This document shows positions 31,691 through 41,360 of a stretch of 64,000 nt of DNA, one piece after another. A model generated the notes under the pieces. It searched no databases. It was not told the DNA's origin and saw nothing but the letters and a program-made list of their open reading frames with translations. The translations under genes were made by a program, and so were the position numbers. The DNA comes from Bacteroidales bacterium (GTDB lineage Bacteria > Bacteroidota > Bacteroidia > Bacteroidales > UBA12077): assembly GCA_036351015.1 (NCBI GenBank), contig JAZBOG010000024.1:34675-98674 (forward strand). The letters are read 5' to 3'. Position 1 is the stretch's first letter. Each line of letters starts with the position of its first letter.

Positions 31691-32611
31691 TTATACTCTT
31701 ATTCTGTTAATATTCAGTTTGCTCAAATCGATCTGTCCCACACCCAATTGGTTGGCCATAGGAATATATTTGGCCTCTTCGGGTTCGATGCCAAATACTT
31801 TAGCGGCAGCAGCGTCGGCGGCCACCATATCGTCGGAAACAATTAAATATTTCATTTTCACCAGGTCGGCAGTAGAGACCCCTCGTGGTCCATTCTTGGT
31901 CATTACCTGATAGGCGTCAATAATATTTAAATCGGGTTTTCGATAGGTTGCAAAATCAGCAATACACTGATTCAGGTTATTTCGATGCCAATACCTGCGA
32001 TCCCAAACAATACCCATTAAGTTTTTCATCGCCACCGTAATACGGGCTGATCCATGATTTTTCAGGATGGGAACATTGATAAAAACATCGGAGCTTAAAA
32101 TAAGTTCATGAACCTTGGCCTGCTTAAGATTTATCCCCTGAGGGATATCTACCTGTTGGAAATAGCTTTCGCTGTGGGCAGGGACCACTTTTGCTCCGGC
32201 ATCCTTTGCAGCTTTCTCAATTCCGCTGTTTTTATAACATGCAGACCATTTATCACAGGTATTGTCAAAAACATAAACCTCTTTGGCTCCTGCGGTAAAA
32301 CAATGAGTAACAATACGGTTGACCAGTAAAGGATTGGTATCGGCAGCTCTCTCTGGAGAAACATCCCAGCCAATATTGGGTTTCACCACTACTGTCTGGC
32401 CCTTTTTTACAAAATTCCGGATACCTCCCATGGCTTTCAATGCTTTATCGAGCATTAAATCGGGTTCACCATCACGAACGGCAACCAAATCGTAAGGGAG
32501 GGAAGAGTTTACCGTATTGGCAAAAATTTTACCGTATCCGCCAAAACTTAAAGCAGCACCGGTAAAAATGCCAGCATTAATAGATTTTAAAATAAAATCT
32601 CTTCGTTTCAT
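31691..32611 (-). CDS. DUF362 family protein with Tat signal
   Basis: MKRRDFI twin-arginine signal, VVVKPNIGW, NVPILKNH, MKNLMG. Confidence 0.88.
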   Translation of the reverse strand: MKRRDFILKSINAGIFTGAALSFGGYGKIFANTVNSSLPYDLVAVRDGEPDLMLDKALKAMGGIRNFVKKGQTVVVKPNIGWDVSPERAADTNPLLVNRIVTHCFTAGAKEVYVFDNTCDKWSACYKNSGIEKAAKDAGAKVVPAHSESYFQQVDIPQGINLKQAKVHELILSSDVFINVPILKNHGSARITVAMKNLMGIVWDRRYWHRNNLNQCIADFATYRKPDLNIIDAYQVMTKNGPRGVSTADLVKMKYLIVSDDMVAADAAAAKVFGIEPEEAKYIPMANQLGVGQIDLSKLNINRIRV

Positions 32612-32742
32612 AAGCTGTGCTATTAGAAAATCTCAGTCTATAAATTTACAAAAAATGAAACAGCTTTAAAAATTTATCCTTAAATTTGGTTAATGAAAAA
32701 GAGATCAACGAATCAGAATATTCACCCTTAAACTTCGAGGTT

Positions 32743-33249
32743 ATGGAATCCAGAGCAACGTACGTATTCAACCAATCAACGATTCGAAACTTAATTTTTG
32801 ACCTTGCAGCCATAGCATTTATTTATTTTGTTCCTGCCATCTCGCATTTATTGAGTCTGCCAGTATATTACATTGAACCTATGCGGCTGATGTTAATTCT
32901 CGCGCTGGTCCATACCAACCAAAGGAATGCCTATATCATTGCCTTGACTCTACCTTTGTTTTCCTTTTTGGTTTCAGCTCATCCTGTTCTTCCCAAAATG
33001 TTATTAATTACCTTTGAGCTGAGTTTAAATGTATTTCTGTTTTATCTCCTCATCCGTTCCTTTAAAAATACTTTCTTTCCTGTTTTCATTAGTATTATAG
33101 CCAGTAAACTTATCTATTATGTAATTAAATTCGGGTTAATTAATTGGGCAATCCTTGAATCGGGACTTGTATCAACACCCATCCTGATGCAGGGAACAAC
33201 GGCCCTGATTTTTAGCACCTATGTTTGGATTTTGTACAAAAAAAAGTAA
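32743..33249 (+). CDS. Hypothetical integral membrane protein (about 5-6 TM, possibly ECF S-component-like)
   Basis: Hydrophobic, PAISHL...EPMR motif; ATG 32743 is preferred and TAAATTTG at 32681-32688 lies upstream. Confidence 0.72.
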   Translation: MESRATYVFNQSTIRNLIFDLAAIAFIYFVPAISHLLSLPVYYIEPMRLMLILALVHTNQRNAYIIALTLPLFSFLVSAHPVLPKMLLITFELSLNVFLFYLLIRSFKNTFFPVFISIIASKLIYYVIKFGLINWAILESGLVSTPILMQGTTALIFSTYVWILYKKK

Positions 33250-33387
33250 TTCGTTTTCATTTGTTTTTTCCATCTGGCTCACAAATAACAATTAGAAATT
33301 ATAAAACCTTTTAGAGATCTTTATCCTCAGGGTTTAAACCCCTATATTCGTCTGATAAACTATTTGGCCACCCTTAACTCCTGAAAA

Positions 33388-34920
33388 ATGAAAAATATTG
33401 TAAAATTTATTGTCCCCTTGCTCCTGGTAATTGCAGTTCCAATCATTCTTTTTATTCAAAAAGAAGAGAGTGAGATCCAGAAGATAGACCGCGTTACTCA
33501 AAAAGTTTATGATCAGTTTAATCCTACAGGACTCAGTGTTGCCATTGTTCAACATGGTGAAATTATTTATGATAAAGCACTGGGGTATAAGAATGCTGAA
33601 AAAATCAGTTTCCTGGAAAGAAACGATATTTTCAATATCGCCTCCTGCACCAAGGCATTTACCGCAGCTGCCATAGGGAAACTGGTACAAGAAGGATTAC
33701 TTTCATGGGATGATAAGGTAATCGACTATTACCCCGATTTTAAATTGAAAGATGATTGCATTTCACAGAATCTCACCCTGAAAGATATTTTAACTCACCG
33801 GAGTGGCTTAGGTACATTTTATGGTGATTTGCTTTGGTATCATTCAGACTATACCAATGAAGAGATCTTACAAAGAATGCAGTATCTTCCCCTAAAAAAA
33901 CAGTTCCGTACAGAATATGGATATCAAAATAATATGTATACTTTGGCGGGCGAAATCATTGAAAAAGTTACCGGGCAATCGTGGGAAAATTTTATTAAAC
34001 AAAATTTCCTGATCCCCTTAGAAATGAATTCGACCCGAACATCGAGCGATGATTTTGACGGAACCGAATCGCTCGCCTTTCCCCATTACAAGGACTCTGT
34101 ATTTAACCCTTATTATTTTGCCGGGGGCAAACCGGCTGCTTCGATATGGTCAAATCCCCGGGACCTGACTCATTGGCTTACCATGTTTTTAAATAACGGG
34201 CAATGGAATGGCACACAAATTCTTTCGCCCGAAATTATTTACGAACTAACTTCTCCCGAAACGATTTTGCCTGTTTCTGATGAAAGAAAGAGTTTTGGAA
34301 TACATTTCAGAGCATATGCCCCCGGTTGGGTTACTTACGATTATTCGGGATACAAAATTTTGGAACACAGTGGCAGTATGCCCGGGTATAGCAGCAAAGT
34401 AGCGTTTATACCTGAAAAAAACACCGGGATCGTAATCCTTAACAATGGATTTAACTTTTTCTCTAACAACGCATTACTGTTTTCTTATCTAGATATTATC
34501 CTGGAGAAGGAAATAAACAACTGGACCGAATATTACCTGCAAGAACAGCGTGACTTTTCCGATGCTGCCAAAAAACAGAATGCTGATCGGATCGCTCAAC
34601 GTAAAGCCAATACCAAACCATCTTTTGAATTGAAAAAATATACCGGTACCTATGAAGATATCATGTATGGCAAAGCAGAAATAACCCTGGATAATGAGCT
34701 GTTAAGTGTCACCTTTTTACCCTCATCAAAATTTTTACACAGCAAAATGGAACATTGGCACGATAACAGTTTTAAAGTAAATTTTAAAGATGTTTATTTA
34801 CCTTTCGGAATTATTAATTTTAAAGTGGATACCTTATCCAACCAGGTAGATGGATTCAGAATAGATTTACCCAGTCATGATTTTCATTTTCACAATCTAG
34901 ATTTTAAGAAATTAAAGTGA
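33388..34920 (+). CDS. Serine hydrolase, class C beta-lactamase/PBP-like, with C-terminal DUF3471-like domain
   Basis: SCTK (SxxK), YQN (YxN), HSG triad, LKKYTGTYEDIMYG; N-terminal anchor. Confidence 0.88.
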   Translation: MKNIVKFIVPLLLVIAVPIILFIQKEESEIQKIDRVTQKVYDQFNPTGLSVAIVQHGEIIYDKALGYKNAEKISFLERNDIFNIASCTKAFTAAAIGKLVQEGLLSWDDKVIDYYPDFKLKDDCISQNLTLKDILTHRSGLGTFYGDLLWYHSDYTNEEILQRMQYLPLKKQFRTEYGYQNNMYTLAGEIIEKVTGQSWENFIKQNFLIPLEMNSTRTSSDDFDGTESLAFPHYKDSVFNPYYFAGGKPAASIWSNPRDLTHWLTMFLNNGQWNGTQILSPEIIYELTSPETILPVSDERKSFGIHFRAYAPGWVTYDYSGYKILEHSGSMPGYSSKVAFIPEKNTGIVILNNGFNFFSNNALLFSYLDIILEKEINNWTEYYLQEQRDFSDAAKKQNADRIAQRKANTKPSFELKKYTGTYEDIMYGKAEITLDNELLSVTFLPSSKFLHSKMEHWHDNSFKVNFKDVYLPFGIINFKVDTLSNQVDGFRIDLPSHDFHFHNLDFKKLK

Positions 34921-34927
34921 TACTATA

Positions 34928-36211
34928 ATGAGCCATTACATCCCGCTTGAATCGATCAGTCAATCATTTACCGAATGCTTAACCCAGGGACTTATTCAAC
35001 CAGAGAAAGATACAACCCTTATTTTTTATCACTTTAATTTCTTAAAATCAAGAATTGAAGACCTAAAAGATGCTTTTCCCAAACAAACACTGCACACTAC
35101 GGCTGTTAAAGCCAATCCAGCAATCAAAGTTTTACAAAAAGTGAAGTCCATGGGTTTGGGTGCAGAAGTTGCCTCGGAAGGCGAACTATTCCTGGCACAA
35201 AAGGCGGGATTTGGGAATAAGCGGATCATCTTCGATTCACCGGCAAAAACAGAAAATGAATTAACCTATGCATTAAAGAATCATATCCACATCAATGCCG
35301 ATTCGTTGAGGGAACTGGACCGGATAGCAGAGATAAAGCAAGCGATCCACTCGGAAAGCCTGGTTGGTTTAAGAATAAATCCCCAGGTAGGAACGGGGAA
35401 AATAGCATCCACTTCGTTAGCCGGCGAATATTCAAAATTTGGAGTTCCTGTGAATTTATACGAAGATCAGATTATAAAATATTTTAATCAGTATCAATGG
35501 CTGAAAGGCATCCATATGCACATTGGTTCGCAGGGTTGTGAGATGCAGTTGCTGCTCAACGGGATCGAAAGGGGGCTGCAAATCATTCAAGTAATTAATA
35601 ATAAATTGAAGAGCAAAAACAGGACCGTTGAATTTCTTGATATTGGCGGTGGGCTCCCGGTATCCTATCATCATCATCAAAATCCGCCGGATATAAAAAT
35701 CTACGGACAAAAGATAAAAAGCTTGTTAAAAAAATACACTCTTAAAGATTTAAAACTGATTACAGAATTCGGCAGGTATTTGCATGTTAATGCAGGTTTT
35801 ATCATTACCAAAGTGGAATATACCAAACATAATCCCGGGGATAATACACTCATCGTTCATGCAGGAGCTGATTTATTGTTAAGAGAATGTTTAAATCCCG
35901 GGCAGTGGTTTCATGAGATCTCATTGCTCGACAAAAGTGGAAAACCAAAAGAATCAAAGACTTCAAAAAAATATCATATTGCAGGCCCGTTATGCTTTGC
36001 CAACGATATTGTAGCCCGGAATGTTAAACTCCCCGAAGCATGTGAAGGAGATTATCTGGTTATACACGATACGGGAGGGTATACCTTTGGGATGTGGTCG
36101 AAATATGTTAGCCGAAGCTTTCCCAAGATCATTGGTGATGAAGACAAGAAACACTCAATCATAAAACAAAGGGAATCTGTTGATGACTTATACCGGTTTT
36201 GGAATGAGTAA
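34928..36211 (+). CDS. PLP fold-III (group IV) decarboxylase, diaminopimelate-decarboxylase-like
   Basis: AVKANP, HIGSQ, DIGGG, EFGR, GPLC, DTGGY; substrate uncertain. Confidence 0.85.
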   Translation: MSHYIPLESISQSFTECLTQGLIQPEKDTTLIFYHFNFLKSRIEDLKDAFPKQTLHTTAVKANPAIKVLQKVKSMGLGAEVASEGELFLAQKAGFGNKRIIFDSPAKTENELTYALKNHIHINADSLRELDRIAEIKQAIHSESLVGLRINPQVGTGKIASTSLAGEYSKFGVPVNLYEDQIIKYFNQYQWLKGIHMHIGSQGCEMQLLLNGIERGLQIIQVINNKLKSKNRTVEFLDIGGGLPVSYHHHQNPPDIKIYGQKIKSLLKKYTLKDLKLITEFGRYLHVNAGFIITKVEYTKHNPGDNTLIVHAGADLLLRECLNPGQWFHEISLLDKSGKPKESKTSKKYHIAGPLCFANDIVARNVKLPEACEGDYLVIHDTGGYTFGMWSKYVSRSFPKIIGDEDKKHSIIKQRESVDDLYRFWNE

Positions 36212-36392
36212 GCAAAGGTGAGGTTCTTTTAAATCCGGTTCAACTCGTATTCGTTAGTTAAGCAGGGAAAACCCCCTTCCTTTCAGAAACCCCTGGCGAG
36301 CAGCACATTGTTAAAAATTGGTCACGTTTTATTAAACAAATTAAATTGTCACTTGTTATAGATCTAATCAATAACAAACAAATGCTAATACT

Positions 36393-36605
36393 ATGAGAAA
36401 GAATATTGGAGTAACGGATCGTGTGATACGTATTATTATTGCTTTGATCATTGGTATTCTTTATTTTACCAATGTAATAACAGGAACATTAGGCATTGTT
36501 CTCCTGATTGTTGGTGCTATTTCATTATTAACAGCCCTCATAAACTTTTGTGGGCTTTATGCCCTGGTGGGAATCAGCACCTGTCCGATGAAAAAAGCAG
36601 ATTAA
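36393..36605 (+). CDS. DUF2892 (YgaP-like) small membrane protein
   Basis: MRKNIGVTDRVIR...FCGLYALVGISTCP. Confidence 0.88.
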   Translation: MRKNIGVTDRVIRIIIALIIGILYFTNVITGTLGIVLLIVGAISLLTALINFCGLYALVGISTCPMKKAD

Positions 36606-36612
36606 ACCATCA

Positions 36613-36647
36613 AAAAAGGCGAACCCCCAATTCCGGTTCGCCTTTTT
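36613..36647. terminator. Bidirectional intrinsic terminator
   Basis: AAAAAGGCGAACC-N9-GGTTCGCCTTTTT between convergent genes. Confidence 0.85.
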
Positions 36648-36667
36648 CAAGACTCCACTTAACCAAC

Positions 36668-39124
36668 CTAAAATTCTTCGCCTCCTTCAAAATTCTGCAT
36701 ATCCTCACCACCACTGTTTCCCCTTCGTCTGTCCTGGCGATAGTTATTTATCCTGTAAGTCAGGGTAACAGAAAAGAAGGGGGTATTGGGTTTAAAATAG
36801 CTATAGGAATAAAAGTCATCTCCCTGGTAGGTGGAGGAATGTTTCATCGTTCCGAAAACATCTCTCACCTGGATTGTTGCAGAAAAAGCTTTTTTCATAA
36901 AATCATGCTTATAGGCCAGGTTAGTCATAAAAAAATCGCTTCGTTCACCCTGAGCACTAATTGTTGGGCTGTTATACATAGCATTGAATTGCAACCGGGA
37001 ATTTTCCCCAAATCTTAAAATATTATTAAAACGGATATTCCAGTTAAAACTTGATTCAGAGAAATCGCGGCCATCCAACTGACCTTCCACCCGATAATCA
37101 TAGAGGTTACCCATTAAATCTATATGCCACCATTTTTGAACATCCAGTCCCAGCATCGTTTCAACTCCAAGGGCATAATCTTTACCAACATTCTCGAATG
37201 AACTAAGGAAAACATTATCTTCATTTTCATATCTACTTCTTACTCTTTCAATTTTATTATGGGTAACCCGGTAATAAGCTTCGAAAGAGAAAGAATTCCT
37301 TCCAAACTTGTTAAGGTAGCTTAATTCATAGGAGTCGATGTATTCAGGTTGCAGATCAGGATTCCCTTTACGAACATTATAGGCATCGGACCAGGTAACA
37401 AATGGCTCGAGATACCATCCACGGGGCCGGTCGATCCGTCGGGTATAGCTTGCCATGACCTGATTTTCCTTGGGCAGATTATAGGATACATGGACTGTAG
37501 GGAAGATATCCCATCGGTCGATATTAAAATTATCGCCGGTTTCCTCAATGGTAATATCACGATAGGTATACTCACCACGTAATCCTCCCTGATAGCCTAA
37601 GTTTCCAAATTCGCCTGAATAGATGGCATATAATGAATGAATACTTCTACGGTAGTTTGATGTATTAGAATATTCATCCTGAAACACAAAATCCATTACA
37701 GCAGCAGAGGTATCATACAAAAACATTTCCGCTTTTTCTGTATTATCTGACATCCGGGATTGATAACCAGCTTCAAACTTATTGGTTTCGCTCAGTGGCA
37801 GCGTATAATCCAGCTGAAACCTTAACGGTTGATTCGGTCCGGATTCGGTCGATTTTCTCCCGCTTACAATATCATTATTATTGTCAATTAAATAATTCAC
37901 ATCTTCCGAGTTAAAATCTCTTTTACTGTAATTAACCAGGGCATACAGTTCGTGTCCCTTTTTATTAAATTTCCTGGTATAGCTAAGATTTAACGAAAGA
38001 TAATTTCCTCCACGCTCAGACTCCTCTTCACTGGTATAATACTCATTGAAAGTTCCTGGTTCAATGTACTCATGATAATTGGTTTCATTATCAGAGCCTC
38101 CTGAACGATCTCCATACCGAGCTTCGAAGCTTAAGGTATTAAATGCATTAAAATTGTAATCAACACCTCCACGGAAACTGTAAGAAGACCCTCCACGCCG
38201 GAAATCACCATCGGATAAAACATACGATGTAGTGTCGTTAAAAAAGGTGCGATTTTCTGTTTCGCGTGAACCATACATATTTCTTGTATTAACGTCAGCA
38301 CCTACATAAACACTGAATTTTTCTTTTCGGAAATTTAACAGGAAATCTCCACCATACCGATCATATATCCCGGCATTTAAGTTAACTACTCCGTTTATTC
38401 CCTGCATCTTATTTTTTTTGGTAATAATATTCACGATACCAGAGGTTCCGTCGGGATCATATTTTGCCGAAGGATTGGTAATAATTTCAATATTCTCAAT
38501 GGCACTGGCCGGGATCTGGCTTAAGGCATCACTGGGATCCAATACTGTTGGCTTATTATCAATTAATACGGTAAAACTTTGGCTCCCCCTTAAGCTTACA
38601 TTTCCTTCAATATCAACGGTAACAGAAGGAACATTCTCCAGGATTTCAACAGCAGTACCCGAAGCCGATGTGTGTTGCTGACTTACATTGATCACCTTTT
38701 TATCAATCTTATACGTCATGGTGGGCCGGTCGGCTGTTACGACCACCTCGTCAATGGATTCGGTAGCCGGGTTGATCATTACCTGACCCAATTCAATTTT
38801 TCGATTTTTATTGGTAATCTCAATTTGTTCAATTACTTCCTTTTCGTAACCAATAAAGGTTATTTCAATTCGGTATACTCCGGGATTAATATTTTTTAGT
38901 TGAAAATAACCCGATTCATCAGAAATTGTTCCGTTAACCACACTTCCATTTTCGAGGCTTATGAGCGATACGGTTGCATATTCCAGGGGTTTATTTACAC
39001 TTTTATCGTAAACATAACCGGTTAAGTTCCCCTTACTCATTTCAGCATCCTTTATCTCTTCAGCAAAAGTATTTACCGATAATCCAATCATCAATAAAAT
39101 AAGAGTTAATTTTTTTATCATCAT
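36668..39124 (-). CDS. TonB-dependent receptor (CarboxypepD_reg-like N-domain, plug, OMP beta-barrel)
   Basis: PLEYATVSL, IDKKVINV, LENVPSVTVD, IEIITNPSAKYD, GNPDLQPEY. Confidence 0.92.
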   Translation of the reverse strand: MMIKKLTLILLMIGLSVNTFAEEIKDAEMSKGNLTGYVYDKSVNKPLEYATVSLISLENGSVVNGTISDESGYFQLKNINPGVYRIEITFIGYEKEVIEQIEITNKNRKIELGQVMINPATESIDEVVVTADRPTMTYKIDKKVINVSQQHTSASGTAVEILENVPSVTVDIEGNVSLRGSQSFTVLIDNKPTVLDPSDALSQIPASAIENIEIITNPSAKYDPDGTSGIVNIITKKNKMQGINGVVNLNAGIYDRYGGDFLLNFRKEKFSVYVGADVNTRNMYGSRETENRTFFNDTTSYVLSDGDFRRGGSSYSFRGGVDYNFNAFNTLSFEARYGDRSGGSDNETNYHEYIEPGTFNEYYTSEEESERGGNYLSLNLSYTRKFNKKGHELYALVNYSKRDFNSEDVNYLIDNNNDIVSGRKSTESGPNQPLRFQLDYTLPLSETNKFEAGYQSRMSDNTEKAEMFLYDTSAAVMDFVFQDEYSNTSNYRRSIHSLYAIYSGEFGNLGYQGGLRGEYTYRDITIEETGDNFNIDRWDIFPTVHVSYNLPKENQVMASYTRRIDRPRGWYLEPFVTWSDAYNVRKGNPDLQPEYIDSYELSYLNKFGRNSFSFEAYYRVTHNKIERVRSRYENEDNVFLSSFENVGKDYALGVETMLGLDVQKWWHIDLMGNLYDYRVEGQLDGRDFSESSFNWNIRFNNILRFGENSRLQFNAMYNSPTISAQGERSDFFMTNLAYKHDFMKKAFSATIQVRDVFGTMKHSSTYQGDDFYSYSYFKPNTPFFSVTLTYRINNYRQDRRRGNSGGEDMQNFEGGEEF

Positions 39125-39156
39125 CCAATTTTTCTTTTTTACTAATTATTTCACAA

Positions 39157-39213
39157 CAAACCTAAACCAAAAATCTGTAGTAATTTGATATTAATTTTGT
39201 AGCAAATTTGTAG
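39157..39213 (-). promoter_or_regulatory. Receptor promoter: -7 box plus four 11-bp-period direct repeats
   Basis: TAGGTTTG (minus) at 39157-39164; plus-strand heptamers TCTGTAG 39174, TTGATAT 39185, TTTGTAG 39196, TTTGTAG 39207. Confidence 0.65.
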
Positions 39214-39300
39214 TTTGACGGTCAACAAAGTTTTTTATTACATGATTTAATAACTTTATTCGCATTAAAGACAAAAAAATAATGAAAAAGTTTAAGAAGA

Positions 39301-40575
39301 TTAACCTTTATTAGTGATCATGAAAAAATGTTGACCATTAGCATATTCATAATCTATCATCAGTTGATTCAGGTCGCAAATTCTTTTGGTTAATGAGAGT
39401 CCCAATCCCAGAGACTGCCCGGTGGAATTAGAAGAATAAAACCGTTCAAATATTTTTTCAGGAAAAACAGGAAGTTTATCTCCATAATTACTGATGGTCA
39501 GTTTGTCCCTGGTTGATTTAATTCCTATAGGTCCCTTATTGCTTCCATAGCGAATAGCATTGCGGATTAAATTTTTAAGTAAAATATCAAATAAAAACGG
39601 GTCCAGTACGATCTGATGTTCATCGCTTAAATCGGTTGCTATGGTCATCGATTTTAATTGTAACAATTCATCAATAGCATCGATATGTTTTAAGATGATC
39701 TCTTTGGTAGTAATTACCTCAGTATTGTCATACTCGCCGTTTTCAATTTTGGTTAAAAGGTTCAAAGCATTGCCCAGCTTTGACAAATGATTGGTCTCTT
39801 CATAAATCGTTTTTACTGTTTCGGCATTTGCTTTCATGATTCTTTCATCAGCAATCAGTCTTTCGGTTTTATTCCGGATAATCGTCAAGGGTGTTTGTAT
39901 TTCATGAGCCATATTTTCGGTATATTCCTTGAGGTTCCGGTAATCGTCCTCAATACGGTTCACCATCCTGTGAAAAAGCAACTGCAGTTTCTGAAATTCT
40001 ACACTCGAAGTTTTTACTTCGGGGATATCCATCCCTTTACCAACTTTATACCTGTTGATATGACTCAATATCCGATAAAAAGGCTGAAACAGGAAGCCCG
40101 AAAGGAAAGTTGTAAAGATAACAATAACCAGTGCCAAGATAATAAAAGCAGGGACAATCCTGCTGGCAACATCGGATTTCATTTTGGTAAAATCATCAAT
40201 ATTAATCAACATTTGCAGTAAATAAGTTTGTCCGTTGACCTGGATAATCACACTTTTTTTCCTGAAAAGCTGATATTCATCCTTATCATCGTTATAAAGC
40301 AATGTATCAATATACTTTGGATAATCGGGATACAGCTTTGATGAATCCAGCAGCGTAACCTTATCAAACTTTAATTTATCAGGGTTTCCTTTTCTTTTAA
40401 TAAATTTTTCGACATGATGCTCCCTGAAACGAAAAAAATGTTCGGTTTCTTCATTGATATATTCATCAGCTTTATGGATTAGATACCTGCCACTGATAAA
40501 GAAAGTAACCAGGATAAATATCAAATAAAAAAAGCTTGTTTTGGTTAACAACCGAAAAGATTTAAATTTAAACAT
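39301..40575 (-). CDS. Sensor histidine kinase (2 TM, HisKA, HATPase)
   Basis: ENMAHEIQTPL, NLIRNAIRY, SLGLGL. Confidence 0.92.
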   Translation of the reverse strand: MFKFKSFRLLTKTSFFYLIFILVTFFISGRYLIHKADEYINEETEHFFRFREHHVEKFIKRKGNPDKLKFDKVTLLDSSKLYPDYPKYIDTLLYNDDKDEYQLFRKKSVIIQVNGQTYLLQMLINIDDFTKMKSDVASRIVPAFIILALVIVIFTTFLSGFLFQPFYRILSHINRYKVGKGMDIPEVKTSSVEFQKLQLLFHRMVNRIEDDYRNLKEYTENMAHEIQTPLTIIRNKTERLIADERIMKANAETVKTIYEETNHLSKLGNALNLLTKIENGEYDNTEVITTKEIILKHIDAIDELLQLKSMTIATDLSDEHQIVLDPFLFDILLKNLIRNAIRYGSNKGPIGIKSTRDKLTISNYGDKLPVFPEKIFERFYSSNSTGQSLGLGLSLTKRICDLNQLMIDYEYANGQHFFMITNKG

Positions 40576-40584
40576 ACCCCCAGA

Positions 40585-41262
40585 TTAAAGTTCATAAAAT
40601 TTATAGCCCATACCATACACCGAGCGGATATGATTTGCGGCTCCTGCTGTATGTAATTTCTTGCGCAGATTTTTGATATGGTTATAAATAAAATCAAAAT
40701 TATCCGCCTGGTCAATATGGTCGCCCCACAAATGCTCTGCTATACTTTCTTTGGTAAGCACCCTGTTTTTATTGTAGATAAAATACAATAATAAATCGTA
40801 CTCTTTTCTGGTAAGATCGAGATCCTTATCCCCTATTTTTACAGCCATCGAATTTAAGTCGATGGTAATGGTATTGATAGAAATTATATTGCTTCCATTA
40901 AATTTCTTGCGCCGAATGATGGATCGTACCCGGGCATTCAGTTCGGCCTTATGAAAAGGTTTGGTAATATAATCGTCGGCACCCAGTTCAAGCCCTTTTA
41001 CTTTGTCTTCAATAGCATTTTTAGCCGTTACAATTAATATTCCTGTGTCTAATTTCTTGTTTTTCAGCTGTTTAATGACATTAAGTCCACTTCCATCAGG
41101 CAAACCAATATCCAGTATGATCAATTCGTAGTGATACAGTTCAATCTTTTCAAGGGACAGCTCCAGGGTGTCGGCAATTTCGACCGTGAAACCATGTTCG
41201 CCAAGAAACCTGGATAAATCATCGGCCAGTTGAAAGTTATCCTCTACAATTAACAATTTCAT
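40585..41262 (-). CDS. OmpR/PhoB-family response regulator
   Basis: MKLLIVED, LDIGLPDGSG, GADDYITKPF, winged-helix LTRKEYDLL...SVYGMGY; start moved to ATG 41262. Confidence 0.93.
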   Translation of the reverse strand: MKLLIVEDNFQLADDLSRFLGEHGFTVEIADTLELSLEKIELYHYELIILDIGLPDGSGLNVIKQLKNKKLDTGILIVTAKNAIEDKVKGLELGADDYITKPFHKAELNARVRSIIRRKKFNGSNIISINTITIDLNSMAVKIGDKDLDLTRKEYDLLLYFIYNKNRVLTKESIAEHLWGDHIDQADNFDFIYNHIKNLRKKLHTAGAANHIRSVYGMGYKFYEL

Positions 41263-41277
41263 TTTATCTCTTTTAAT

Positions 41278-41312
41278 CAAAAATAAACTAAAATTTTGTA
41301 GGAAATTAGTAT
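41278..41312 (-). promoter_or_regulatory. Response-regulator promoter: -7 box plus two 11-bp-period repeats
   Basis: TATTTTTG (minus) at 41278-41285; plus-strand TTTGTAG 41295 and TTAGTAT 41306. Confidence 0.55.
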
Positions 41313-41360
41313 TTAACCTATTAGATTGTATTTGATTTAACCATAAACCAAAAAAATACC

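Noticed and set aside
33330-33341. Perfect palindrome GGGTTTAAACCC upstream of the serine hydrolase
   Set aside because: Single occurrence with no supporting second site; may be chance.
36212-36310. GC-richer intergenic patch with GCCAGG...GAAAGGAAG on the minus strand, reminiscent of SRP RNA
   Set aside because: It lacks the CAGG-stem-GNRA-stem-AGCA geometry and a long enclosing helix. An Rfam search would settle it.
39139-39156. Possible Rex box (TTCACAA half-site); a similar TTGTGAA half-site lies near 20419
   Set aside because: The second half-sites match poorly in AT-rich DNA.
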